A DNA stretch of 52,631 bases from an uncultured Lachnospiraceae bacterium (GTDB lineage: Bacteria > Bacillota > Clostridia > Lachnospirales > Lachnospiraceae): contig CANDMH010000001.1 of NCBI GenBank assembly GCA_947385785.1, positions 1 through 52,631 of the forward strand. Direction: 5' to 3'. The position numbers and the translations under genes are program-made. Shown in pieces: positions 18,730-28,350 of this stretch (position 1 is its first letter; the number at the start of each line of letters is the position of its first letter). The notes beneath the pieces were generated by a model, which did no database searches, was not told where the DNA came from, and saw only the letters and a list, made by a program, of their open reading frames with translations.

Positions 18730-21700
18730 TCATCTGCCGCGCAGCAGCGCGTCCAGATTTGCGTTTACTCCCACACGTCCTGCCGTTTCCAGGCTGACCG
18801 CAATCAACTTTCCGCGCCCTGCCGGGATTTCCAGCACAAAGGGCAGTTTTTCCTTGGCGCCGCGGCTGTCTGTGAACCCCTTTTTCGAATAAGAATATAC
18901 CTGGCAGCTTCCCGGCAGCGCGGTGTCCACATATCGGCCGGCCAGCACGTCAATATAGCCTTTCTGCGCATTGCAGAGCATATCCAGCGAATATTTCCTG
19001 TATGCCTCTCCGGCCGCAGCAAAAAATACTTCGGGACATTTCTTCAGTCCGATGCGCTCTCCCAGGAAGGTGAATTCCACTTCCTTATCCTCTCCCCAGC
19101 AAAGCACTGCCGTTTTGCCGTCCTTTGTGATATCCCCCGCGGCCTTCTCCAGGCTTTTTCGGTTCTCAGGAGTGAGAAGCGGCAGAATTACCCGGCCGGA
19201 TTCCGTTTCCGTCACGGTTCTCCCTTCCTTCAGGGCCTCCGGGGCAATCCTCCACCGGGCGGGATATACCATAAATTTAAGTTTCTCTCCGTAGAGCCTG
19301 CCTCCGCCAAATGCAGCCGCCTCCGAGACGATGCACATGTCCGTTTCTGTTTTCCTGTCCCCGGGTGCCTTCTGCAGGGTCCCAGCTGCGGACTGTACCA
19401 GTCTGGCTGCGGACGTTCCCTCTGATGCTTCTCCCGTGGACGCCTTCTCCTGCTCCTTAGCCGCAATCCGCATTACTTCTCTCTCAGATGCCTCTTCCGG
19501 TTCCTCTGCCATCCGCAGTGCCTCTCCCACGGCCTGCTTCCCTGCAGCTTCCGCCGACACTTCTGTCACATCCCGGACGCAGCCTTCCACCGTTATCTCC
19601 CGTACCTGCTCCAGGTCAGGCATGGTCACATTGAGTGTGCCCAGAAACGCGGAAGATGCCGCCTTCACCGGGCCTTCCAAAATAAAATTCTCTTCTCCCG
19701 AGACCGCCTGCACCTGCAGCGTCCTGTCCTGCCCGCTGTCGTTTAAAAGCCACACCTCCACGGAAACCGTCTCCCCGCCGTAGACATAAGCCCTGGGGCA
19801 GTAAAAGTTCATCCGCACCGGAACCAGACTGTCGCGATAAGCAAAATACGCCCTTTTCGGCACCCGCTCGCAATCCACCAGCGTCTTCATCCATCCTGCC
19901 GGCCAGGCGTCTATCAGCAGATGAATGGCCGTATGGCTGATGATGTCCGCCCGCCTGCGGTAAGCATCTGTCATCAGAGCGGTGGCCTTTGCCTGGAAAA
20001 TCTGGCTTTCCCTGATCCAGTCTTCCATGGTATCCTGTTCCTGGTACCAGTCTCCCTGAAGGGAATGTGTCTGGGAGCGCACGATTTTGTCCGGATACCA
20101 GTGTCCGTCCCCGTCCGTCTCCAGCCACTGCGCAGGATACCTTGTCTCCATCACATGGAGATTGTCCAGCCCTTCCGCGCCGTACTCCCCGCAGCCTGTC
20201 ATCCAGCCCTCCTTCACCGGAGGCAGATAGCCCGCCAGCAGCTTGCCGATGGGAATGGCATGGTGGGAATACCACATGGTATAGCAGTGGAAATCCGGCA
20301 TTCCTTCCATGGTGGGCGGCTCATAGTCCCCCTCCACATTCTTCACCACCCGCCCGGGATTTTCCGTATAGATTGCCTGTCTCGCCGCCACGAAAAAGGC
20401 TTCCAGTTCATCCCGCATCAGATGTCTGTGTCCCTTTGTAACGCTTCTCACGGAGCCCTTGGATTTGGGGTCCTCCGTCCGCCGTATGCTCATGGGCTCA
20501 TTGATCAGGCTCACCATCACCGACGAGGGATGATTGCGGATCAGATGCTCCATCTCCACACACTGCCGCACACCTTCCGCGAACTGAGGACGGCGCATAA
20601 AGCTGAACAGAGGAAGGTCACACTGGTGCATCATGCCCAGCATGTCGATATAATCATAGATTTCCCGCTGCACAGGCCTCTGGGTCACCCGGTAGTAATT
20701 TATATTGCAGAGCTTTGCAATCAAAATATCGTCTATCAGTGTATCCCAATCGCCGCGCATCACGCACTGCTGCAGATGCCCCATCTCATTGGCGCCCCGC
20801 AGTATCACAGGGCGATTGTTCAGATAGAATTTTCCTTTGGGCTCGCTGCTCTCGTCGCTGACAAATTTGCGGATTCCCAATGTCTCTGTGAGACGGCTGA
20901 CACATCTCACTGTACTGCCCGCTTCCGGCGCAGTTCCTGCTTTGCCGCCTGCTTCCGCCGCAGTTCCTGCTTTGTCTGCCGCTTCCGCCGGCACGAGCTC
21001 CAGCAGGATGCCGTACAGCCAGGGTGCCTCAGGCTCCCAGAGACGGTACCCTTCCATCTTTACTACAATTCTGTATTCATTTTGTCCCACGCCGATATAG
21101 GGCACGGGGTGAACATACTCCGCAATGGGCTCCCCCCGGAAGTTCTTTGGCAGAATCCGCAGGCGAAGCATATAATCCCGCTGCAGTTCATCCGTATAAT
21201 TCCTGACTCCTACCCTTATCTGGGCCATATCGGTATCAATGTCCGGACAGACAAAGACATCCTCCAGGTACACGAAGGGTCTGTATTCCAGCGTCACCTT
21301 TCCCGTGATGCCGGCTCCCGCAGGGCAATGGTGCCAGCCCGTCTCCGGATCGTCCCAGCCCGGTCCCGTAGCCGCGTACAGCTTATCGCCGTCCAGCAGG
21401 TCTCCTACACCCATCATGGGAATGTCATTCTCGCACTCTACGATCAGCTCATTGCCTTCCCCGGGCTGTATAAAATCGGTTATATCGAAGGAGAAGGGGG
21501 CAAACAATCCCTCGTGGCTTCCCACAAAGCAGCCGTTTACATACACCCTGGCAATGTAGTCCACGCTCTGGAACTGGAGTACCGCCCGTTCCCCTTCCTC
21601 TGTTCTCCTGGCAGAGAAGAAAGTTCTGTAATATCCTTTCCACTTTCCCTCCTCACCTGCAGGCCCCCTGAAGTCAGGCAGCGTCACTTCTTCCCAACGG

Positions 21701-22113
21701 GCGTCTTCCCCGGAATGCTTTTCTTCCCTGTTGCGCTGTGTGAAAATCTCTCCCTTCTCCAGATAGCGGAAGCTGAAACGGGTAAGCTCCACAGCTTCCT
21801 TTCCATCCTCCTGCGCGGGAAGATAATCCGCCATAAAAGGACGGTACCGCTCCCGCAGTGCCGCAAGCTCCCTTTTGAATATCTCCTGCCGTTCCTGAAA
21901 GGGGATTTCCTGCCTGAAACATACCTCATCATACGGAAACGGCCTGCTGCATTTTTCAAAGCTTCTGTCATGCTTTGCCGCCGGAAGGATTTCCCGCTGC
22001 GCTTCCCCCGTCTGAATCCGGTTATCCGCTATCTCCTGAAATACATCCCTGGAAAACTTCTGTTCCCTGGAATCTCCTTCCTCCATGAGGTGCTTCTCTT
22101 TCCTCTGTCCCAT
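18730..22113 (-). CDS. Glycoside hydrolase family 2 (beta-uronidase/beta-glycosidase), 1127 aa
   Basis: GH2 sugar-binding domain (FQSVDYIARVYVNG..VGSHEGLFAPFSFDIT), LWEPEAPWLY, LRGAN, RNHPS...INE (acid/base) and GEYG (nucleophile). Confidence 0.88.
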   Translation of the reverse strand: MGQRKEKHLMEEGDSREQKFSRDVFQEIADNRIQTGEAQREILPAAKHDRSFEKCSRPFPYDEVCFRQEIPFQERQEIFKRELAALRERYRPFMADYLPAQEDGKEAVELTRFSFRYLEKGEIFTQRNREEKHSGEDARWEEVTLPDFRGPAGEEGKWKGYYRTFFSARRTEEGERAVLQFQSVDYIARVYVNGCFVGSHEGLFAPFSFDITDFIQPGEGNELIVECENDIPMMGVGDLLDGDKLYAATGPGWDDPETGWHHCPAGAGITGKVTLEYRPFVYLEDVFVCPDIDTDMAQIRVGVRNYTDELQRDYMLRLRILPKNFRGEPIAEYVHPVPYIGVGQNEYRIVVKMEGYRLWEPEAPWLYGILLELVPAEAADKAGTAAEAGGKAGTAPEAGSTVRCVSRLTETLGIRKFVSDESSEPKGKFYLNNRPVILRGANEMGHLQQCVMRGDWDTLIDDILIAKLCNINYYRVTQRPVQREIYDYIDMLGMMHQCDLPLFSFMRRPQFAEGVRQCVEMEHLIRNHPSSVMVSLINEPMSIRRTEDPKSKGSVRSVTKGHRHLMRDELEAFFVAARQAIYTENPGRVVKNVEGDYEPPTMEGMPDFHCYTMWYSHHAIPIGKLLAGYLPPVKEGWMTGCGEYGAEGLDNLHVMETRYPAQWLETDGDGHWYPDKIVRSQTHSLQGDWYQEQDTMEDWIRESQIFQAKATALMTDAYRRRADIISHTAIHLLIDAWPAGWMKTLVDCERVPKRAYFAYRDSLVPVRMNFYCPRAYVYGGETVSVEVWLLNDSGQDRTLQVQAVSGEENFILEGPVKAASSAFLGTLNVTMPDLEQVREITVEGCVRDVTEVSAEAAGKQAVGEALRMAEEPEEASEREVMRIAAKEQEKASTGEASEGTSAARLVQSAAGTLQKAPGDRKTETDMCIVSEAAAFGGGRLYGEKLKFMVYPARWRIAPEALKEGRTVTETESGRVILPLLTPENRKSLEKAAGDITKDGKTAVLCWGEDKEVEFTFLGERIGLKKCPEVFFAAAGEAYRKYSLDMLCNAQKGYIDVLAGRYVDTALPGSCQVYSYSKKGFTDSRGAKEKLPFVLEIPAGRGKLIAVSLETAGRVGVNANLDALLRGR

Positions 22114-22410
22114 AACTCCTGCCTTTCCGTAAACGAATTTTATACTAAGGAATTGTCGAAAAACACTTCCTTATGGTCGAAAGCATCTGCCAATGTAAAA
22201 ATATCTCGCAGTAACCTCACGGCAAACTATATGCCGTGCAGGCCTCTACGGGATACCTGCCACCCGACTGCACATCATAGCTTTATTTTATCATGAGCAG
22301 GCCAGGGGATAAAATGAAAATAATTTCAGAAAGTTTACTTAATTATGGGCAACGATATATTGCTGTCGAGTCCATGTTAAGTATGGGACAGAAAATATTA
22401 TTATCTAAAT

Positions 22411-23187
22411 TTATGTGTTATATGTAGTAGAAGAATGTAATAGACTCCATGAATCTTCCAAGTCTTTTTTATGCTCCTCATACCAATTTTTTACATCTCG
22501 TAAAAAATTGGGTGGAATTCCCTCCTTACTACCTTTATAAAATTCCCCCGTTTTTAAATGAAAGACCGCTTGATAATCGGAAGATATTACATGGAAATGC
22601 GGAGGATGATACTCAAATTCTTTTCCTCGAACTTCCACTGAATATATATCATTAATTATCCATTTTTTTATTTTGGGCGTTTGTTGCCACCACTTTATTG
22701 AATAAATATTATCAAGCTCTACAGTATATCTTTTGTCATTAACAAATGCAATAAAGGATAAAATATCTATCTGATAACACGAATGCAAAAAAGAAATTAT
22801 TCTTCCTTCATTTTTCCATGCTTCTGTAAAACAATTTTGAATCGCAAACTCCCCCCTGTATTCCTCATCAAACCTATACTCTAATACATCTGACGAACTT
22901 TTTTCATTCTCAGACCATAAAGGTGGATTCCAATACATTTCCCTTAAAGACAATTTTAACTTAGTCAATTCAGGATCACGTTCGTTTCTATTCGGCTGTA
23001 TTTCCCTTAACGTACAATCTTGACAAACTTTACAGTTCCATAATGTATCTTTTTTCCATATTATATTTCCTTTTTCACTTTTCACTTTAGCCAAAACAGG
23101 AAGCGTATATTTTCTCAGAGAATCAAAGAATTCGTTTACATTACTAAATTGTCCTCTCAATGAATATTCATTCATATAGTAATTCAT
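22411..23187 (-). CDS. Third gene of the Menshen-type operon (NsnC position), with a C-terminal DUF4160-like domain
   Basis: C-terminal EYHPPHFHV...AVFHLKTG...WYEEHKKDLEDSW; follows the DUF262 and ATPase genes. Confidence 0.7.
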   Translation of the reverse strand: MNYYMNEYSLRGQFSNVNEFFDSLRKYTLPVLAKVKSEKGNIIWKKDTLWNCKVCQDCTLREIQPNRNERDPELTKLKLSLREMYWNPPLWSENEKSSSDVLEYRFDEEYRGEFAIQNCFTEAWKNEGRIISFLHSCYQIDILSFIAFVNDKRYTVELDNIYSIKWWQQTPKIKKWIINDIYSVEVRGKEFEYHPPHFHVISSDYQAVFHLKTGEFYKGSKEGIPPNFLRDVKNWYEEHKKDLEDSWSLLHSSTTYNT

Positions 23188-23214
23188 TTAAATACCATCC
23201 TTTTTACTGTGTAT

Positions 23215-24348
23215 CTATAATCCCAACATCCGATCCAGATCAATTTCAAACTGGTCGAATAAATCGTTAAGAGCCAATTCTTTATTCGTTCCTATAATTT
23301 TTCCAAAATCACCAAATTTTATAGAATTACACTGCGTAGTATAATTTTTATCGAGTACAAAAAAGTTAACTTTTATATTTTCCTCTTTCATTGTTTTATT
23401 AGCAATACCGACTCTCACCCCATTAAAAATATGATCACTGTGTGTTTCCACAAACAGCTGCCGTCCCGAACTGCTGATAAAGTATAAAAATTCACATAAC
23501 TTTGATTGTGCTTTGGGATGAAGGTGAATTTCAGGGTTTTCAATTAGGATAACATCATTTTTATCAGAAGCTAAGCATACAATTAAAATAGTAATTAAAT
23601 AACTAATACCAGAACCCACATTTATAGGTCTGCTATACATTGCTTCTGAATTCACATTCGCTGGATTATTGTTATATTTTACCTGTAGGTAATTAGTTTT
23701 TTTTATATCTTTCAACAAAAGACTTGTACCTACAATATAATTCAACCAATAATTAACTTGTTCATACAAACTGTTTGTTGCATTTTCTCTATTAATTACT
23801 AATTCATTGGCTACAGGATCTGACTCATGCTTCATCAGATAAGAAAACGAATATTCACCATCATTCCCTAAGTTACCATCATTTCCAAAATATTTTTCAT
23901 AAATATCTTTTGGCCCTAATCTATGGCAGGACAAATAACGAAATCCTGATTCCCAATAAAGATGCTCTGCTTCTTCTTCATTAAAAGTATCAGTACCCAT
24001 GATAATATCAAGATCATCCAATTCTCCTGATACAGTAACTTTGCATGTATTTTCAAAATCTTCTTCAAACTCAACCCAGGCAGGCTCTTTACATCCATTT
24101 TCCCATAACCAAATTTTAATATTTGAATCCGGCATAGAATAATTATGGGCCTCTCTATATTCCCCTAACGATATTAACGCTCCATTCAAACCACTTTTAT
24201 CAATGCCATTTTGAGCATCTAAAAGTAATGCCTGCAAAAATGTTGATTTTCCTGCAGAATTTGTTCCGACAATCAAATTGAACCTGCTGCATTCGATTGT
24301 TAAATCTTTTATTGATTTTAATGCTCTTACCCGAACTTTGTTTATCAT
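23215..24348 (-). CDS. nsnB: AAA/ABC-type ATPase with C-terminal DUF3696 (Menshen NsnB-like)
   Basis: Walker A GTNSAGKST, signature NVGSGISY, Walker B/D-loop IENPEIHLHP, H-loop ETHSDH, C-terminal LFDQ; ATGA overlap with the upstream gene. Confidence 0.8.
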   Translation of the reverse strand: MINKVRVRALKSIKDLTIECSRFNLIVGTNSAGKSTFLQALLLDAQNGIDKSGLNGALISLGEYREAHNYSMPDSNIKIWLWENGCKEPAWVEFEEDFENTCKVTVSGELDDLDIIMGTDTFNEEEAEHLYWESGFRYLSCHRLGPKDIYEKYFGNDGNLGNDGEYSFSYLMKHESDPVANELVINRENATNSLYEQVNYWLNYIVGTSLLLKDIKKTNYLQVKYNNNPANVNSEAMYSRPINVGSGISYLITILIVCLASDKNDVILIENPEIHLHPKAQSKLCEFLYFISSSGRQLFVETHSDHIFNGVRVGIANKTMKEENIKVNFFVLDKNYTTQCNSIKFGDFGKIIGTNKELALNDLFDQFEIDLDRMLGL

Positions 24349-25481
24349 TCCTCAATCTCCTTGATCACTGTATTGATTAAACTGAACCGTCCATTAACAT
24401 TCGACACTCCGTCTCGTCCATTTCCAATATAATCCGAAAATTCTTTGCTGTAAATAATATTATATAGTTTATCCTTTATAACATTCTTTATTCCTTCCTT
24501 TTGCCCCGCTATATTTGTCATAAGAAATAATGTGGTTTCAAACAAATTCATATTTATAGGATGTGATTCCGTTTTTCTAAAGGCTAATTCATCCAAATAA
24601 AAATAAGTATCCTCCAATGCACTTTCAGTCAATTTTTTTAACTTCATCAACTCTATATCCGGAAGTGAATTTAAATATTTCAATGAAATTTCAATTAAAT
24701 TGTCACAATCCCCATTATATAAGTATGTATCTCCTCCAAAAGTCAACTTACCATTAAAGTACAAATAAAAGGCAAAAAAACGTGTTAATAAATAGGCCCC
24801 CTTCATCCGTGAATCTTTTTCAAACTTAATACGAGTTGCTTTTTGAAAACTTTCACCTTTTGTTATCTCATGAATCATTTCCATTCCTTTACCCTGATAT
24901 AAAGCATTCCGTATCTCCTGCTTGTTCAACTTAGTTCCCCCACGGTTTACTCGATCAAAAATATCGAACAAAATCTTATCCGGTGTTGGCGGCAGAATGA
25001 CATGTGAATATATCTGAAAGTCTTCCAATTGCGATTGATATATTCCCAGTTCATCCTCCAGGTCTTTAAATTTTTTCGTATTCAGGAAATCAAGAATTTT
25101 AAGATTTTTTAAGGCAAATTCATTACTTAAATACGCAAACAATGCAGATAACCGTTGTTTCCCATCCACAACTACATAGCTTGAATTATCCAGTTGTTTA
25201 AAATAAAATATTGGTAACGGAAGCCCCATCAAAATACTTTCAATCAATTCGCATTTCTGCTTCTCACTCCAAACTTCTCTTCTTTGAAATGAAACATCAA
25301 GAGTTAATTTTCCCTGCTTATATTTTCTTAGAAGCTCATATATTGAGAAATCCTTTTTAGTAACGCGCACTTCTTTAAAAACAAAAGGATTAACGCCTTC
25401 TTCATACTCCATATTTTCTAATTCTTCTGCATTTTCTAACTCTATTTCATCTTCCATATTCTTTTCTTCAAATTTTTCCAT
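24345..25481 (-). CDS. nsnA: DUF262 (ParB/GmrS-like) protein (Menshen NsnA-like)
   Basis: FQRREVW, LIESILMGLPLP, VVDGKQRL and IFDRVNRGGTKLNKQEIRNA motifs. Confidence 0.85.
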   Translation of the reverse strand: MEKFEEKNMEDEIELENAEELENMEYEEGVNPFVFKEVRVTKKDFSIYELLRKYKQGKLTLDVSFQRREVWSEKQKCELIESILMGLPLPIFYFKQLDNSSYVVVDGKQRLSALFAYLSNEFALKNLKILDFLNTKKFKDLEDELGIYQSQLEDFQIYSHVILPPTPDKILFDIFDRVNRGGTKLNKQEIRNALYQGKGMEMIHEITKGESFQKATRIKFEKDSRMKGAYLLTRFFAFYLYFNGKLTFGGDTYLYNGDCDNLIEISLKYLNSLPDIELMKLKKLTESALEDTYFYLDELAFRKTESHPINMNLFETTLFLMTNIAGQKEGIKNVIKDKLYNIIYSKEFSDYIGNGRDGVSNVNGRFSLINTVIKEIEE

Positions 25482-25792
25482 ACTTTTACCTCAACTACAT
25501 TAACAATATCCACTTTCATTATATACCATACATTCTAATTAATCCATAGTTACATTAAACATATTTAACCGCGACATATTTCTGACCTTCTGTTCCTTCT
25601 CCGACAGATAAGACAAAACCACCGTCGACCCTTCAACTAATGGATGAATTTTTACGAGCATTTAATTTCCAGGTGCTTTGGATGCCCGTGTGCATAAAAA
25701 CAGGGCGAAAGCTCTTTGCGTCTCGCCCACAAATTACGGTTTTAAGTTAATATAATATCAGCAGAGCTGTTTCATCACAAAGCCCCCAGTTC

Positions 25793-27184
25793 CTACAGAC
25801 CAAAGTACCGTTCTGCATTGTCATGGCAGATGTTCCGGATGACCCTCGCCAGTTCCTCCTCCCCGGAAAAATATTCCCCTCTCTCCACCAGTTCCCCGAA
25901 ATAATTACAGAGCACCCTGCGGTACAGCTCATGGCGGGGATAGCTTAAAAAACTCCGGGAATCCGTCAGCATACCTACGGAAAGCGCCACAGGATACAGA
26001 TTTGCCACCGCCTCAAACTGCCGTTTTATGCCATAAGCCTGGTCGTTAAACCACCAGGGCGCTCCCAGCTGTACTTTGCCCCGCTCCGGCCCTTCGCAGA
26101 AGCCCGCGGCAAGTACCGCGAAATTCTCCGTCTGTCCGGCATTCAGCGGATACAGGATGGTTTTGGGCAGCGCGTCCTCCGATGTCAGCCGGTTCAGAAG
26201 CGTCCCCACACTTTTCACAGAGGTGGAATCGTCCGTGCAGTCAAATCCGCATGCCGCGCCGATGCTTGCCTCCCGGCTCCGGTTTGCCCCCTGGTAGGTC
26301 CCGATATGCAGCTGCATCACAAAACCGTTCCTGTAATACATCCTGCCCGCCTCCGTCAGGAACGCGCTTCGGTAACGGTTGATTTCCGCAGTATCCAGGG
26401 ACTCTCCCGCCGCTGCTTTGGCGAATATTTTCTCTATTTCCTCCGCCGTATAATCCTGCCAGGTAAAATCCTCAATTCCATTGTCGCTGATCATGCTCCC
26501 CATTCCCCGGAAAAATTTCAGCCGGCTCTCCAGGGCCGCCATCATTTCCCGGAAGCTCCCTGTGGGCATGCCCGCCGCCCGGGACAGAATTTTCAGATAT
26601 GGTGCAAAATCCGGCTTCTCCGCATAGAAAGCCTTATCCGGCCGAAACGCCGAAATGATGCGGATGCCTTCCGTGCCCCTCTCCTGCATTTTTCTGTGAT
26701 AAAGCAGTTCATCCGCAGGATCCTCTGTGGTGCAGGCAAGCTCCACCCGGCTTACCTTCATGCAATAGAGCGGCGTCATATGGCATTTCACGATTTTTTC
26801 TTTGCTTCTGCGGTATATTTCCGCCGCGTTATCATGGTTAAGCGGCTCTTCTATATCAAAATAACGTTTTAATTCCAGAGCGCACCAGATATAGAGGGGA
26901 TTCCCCACAAGTTCCGGAAGAATCTCCGCAAATTTCAGATATTTTTCATAATAAGAGGCGTCCCCTGTGATATATCTCTCGGAAATCCCGAAGCAGCGCA
27001 TGGCCCGCCATTTATAATGGTCATGGGCCAGCCACATTTCTCCGATATCCTCAAATTCCCGGTTCTCGTAAATTTCCCTGGGAAGCAGGTGGCAGTGGTA
27101 GTCGATAATGGGCAGATCCTTCGCATATTTCTCGTAAAGCCGCTTTCCAGTCGCGTTCGTTAACAGTAAATCCTCTCGAAACAT
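25793..27184 (-). CDS. uxaC: Uronate (glucuronate/galacturonate) isomerase
   Basis: LPIIDYHCHL, DHYKWRAMR, TTEDP, MQLHIG, PKTILY, GAPWWFND, GMLTDSRSFLSYPRHELYRR; AGGAG RBS before MFRE. Confidence 0.96.
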   Translation of the reverse strand: MFREDLLLTNATGKRLYEKYAKDLPIIDYHCHLLPREIYENREFEDIGEMWLAHDHYKWRAMRCFGISERYITGDASYYEKYLKFAEILPELVGNPLYIWCALELKRYFDIEEPLNHDNAAEIYRRSKEKIVKCHMTPLYCMKVSRVELACTTEDPADELLYHRKMQERGTEGIRIISAFRPDKAFYAEKPDFAPYLKILSRAAGMPTGSFREMMAALESRLKFFRGMGSMISDNGIEDFTWQDYTAEEIEKIFAKAAAGESLDTAEINRYRSAFLTEAGRMYYRNGFVMQLHIGTYQGANRSREASIGAACGFDCTDDSTSVKSVGTLLNRLTSEDALPKTILYPLNAGQTENFAVLAAGFCEGPERGKVQLGAPWWFNDQAYGIKRQFEAVANLYPVALSVGMLTDSRSFLSYPRHELYRRVLCNYFGELVERGEYFSGEEELARVIRNICHDNAERYFGL

Positions 27185-27196
27185 TTTGATTCTCCT

Positions 27197-27401
27197 ATTC
27201 CAGTTCCGCAACTGCCCGCCCGGTACCCAGGTACTGGCATAGAATTTAAGGCCGCTAAGCCATGCGTCCTTAAATCCTATGGGGTACCATGCGGGCAGTT
27301 GCTGTTTTTTATTCCAGTTCCGCAACTGCCCGCCCGGTACCCAGGTACTGGCATAGGATTTAAGGCCGCTAAGCCATGCGTCCTTAAATCCTATGGGGTA
27401 C
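27197..27401. repeat. 114-bp-period tandem duplication of a long hairpin element
   Basis: Copies start at 27197 and 27311. Each carries an ATAG(G/A)ATTTAAGG / CCTTAAATCCTAT stem; the first has an outer AACTGCCCGC / GCGGGCAGTT stem. Confidence 0.9.
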
Positions 27402-27414
27402 TGGCTCTTGCACT

Positions 27415-28176
27415 TCAGAATCCGGTTACCGCGCCGCCGTCCACTGTGAGGACGGTTCCTGTCACGAATTTCGCCGCGTCGCTGCATAGGTACACGCATG
27501 CCCAGCCTATATCCGACGGTTCCCCGAATCTGTTCATGGGCGTCCTGGACAGTATCTTTTCCTTACGCTGTTCATCCCCGTCTGTGGCCCTGCGGAACAT
27601 GGGGGTATCAATCCAGCCGGGTGCAATGGCGTTTACCCGGATGCCGTCCCCGCTGACTTCGTTTGTCAGGGAGCGGACCAGGCCCAGAATCCCGGATTTT
27701 GCCGTGGCATAGCCGCAGACGCCGGGCATGCCGATGTAGCTGGTCATGCTGGCCAGGAACAGGATGCTGCCCTTTTTGTTGGCCCGCATATGGGGGAGCA
27801 GCGCTCTCGTCAGGGCATAGGAGCCCACCAGGTGTACGTTCAGCACATTGGTGTAATCCTCCACTGTCATCTCCTCCACCGGCTTCTTGCAGTGGTTTCC
27901 CGCATTATTTACCAGGATGTCTATCCTGCCGCGGCGCTCCAGAAGCCCTGTCACGAAGCTTTCCGTCTGCTCCGTACGCGTGATGTCAAACTGCTCGTAA
28001 GACACGCTGTCCCCGTAGGGGGCTAAGGTATCTGCGTATTTTTCATAAGGGGAGGAGCTTACCACTGTCACCTTTCCCCCTGCCTGTATGATGCAGTCCG
28101 TCATGGCCAGCCCCAGTCCGGTGGCTCCCCCCGTTATGACTGCCCTTCTTCCTTCCAGTGAAAATATGTTTGTCAT
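27415..28176 (-). CDS. SDR oxidoreductase, gluconate 5-dehydrogenase / KduD-like
   Basis: TGGATGLG, NNAG, catalytic YATAK, VNAIAPGWI and VDGG. Confidence 0.88.
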   Translation of the reverse strand: MTNIFSLEGRRAVITGGATGLGLAMTDCIIQAGGKVTVVSSSPYEKYADTLAPYGDSVSYEQFDITRTEQTESFVTGLLERRGRIDILVNNAGNHCKKPVEEMTVEDYTNVLNVHLVGSYALTRALLPHMRANKKGSILFLASMTSYIGMPGVCGYATAKSGILGLVRSLTNEVSGDGIRVNAIAPGWIDTPMFRRATDGDEQRKEKILSRTPMNRFGEPSDIGWACVYLCSDAAKFVTGTVLTVDGGAVTGF

Positions 28177-28290
28177 CTTTCTTCCTTCCTGCCTCCTGCC
28201 CCGCTCTGACGGGTATCTAACTTAATCGTCTGCAATCCAATTCGCTCTTATTTTATCCTTACGGCACTTTTCCCGTGACATTCTGCCCGT

Positions 28291-28335
28291 ATCAGTTATT
28301 TGCAGGCATTTCCTTAGGAATTGTCTGCAACTGAT
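28291..28335. repeat. Family-2 palindrome (head-to-head arms)
   Basis: ATCAGTTATTTGCAGGCATTTCCT-T-AGGAATTGTCTGCAACTGAT. Confidence 0.75.
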
Positions 28336-28350
28336 CCCGCTCTCTTTCCC

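Larger units (their letters stand above)
22270..25790. other. AT-rich horizontally acquired island carrying a Menshen-type defence operon; no mobility gene
   Basis: Abrupt shift to AT-rich sequence relative to GC-rich flanks; boundaries approximate. Confidence 0.75.

Noticed and set aside
19921-22296. 791-aa plus-strand ORF, and similar long antisense ORFs (14344..15897, 35859..37412, 39729..41090, 49505..50689)
   Set aside because: Shadow frames opposite well-supported GC-rich genes; no recognisable motifs or RBS.
23215-25481. GmrSD type IV restriction or Septu/PARIS assignment
   Set aside because: No DUF1524/HNH or TOPRIM partner; the DUF262 + DUF3696 ATPase + third gene order fits Menshen better.
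27185-27499. 105-aa N-terminal extension of UxaC
   Set aside because: It is read through the duplicated hairpin; the RBS and family-typical start are at 27184.
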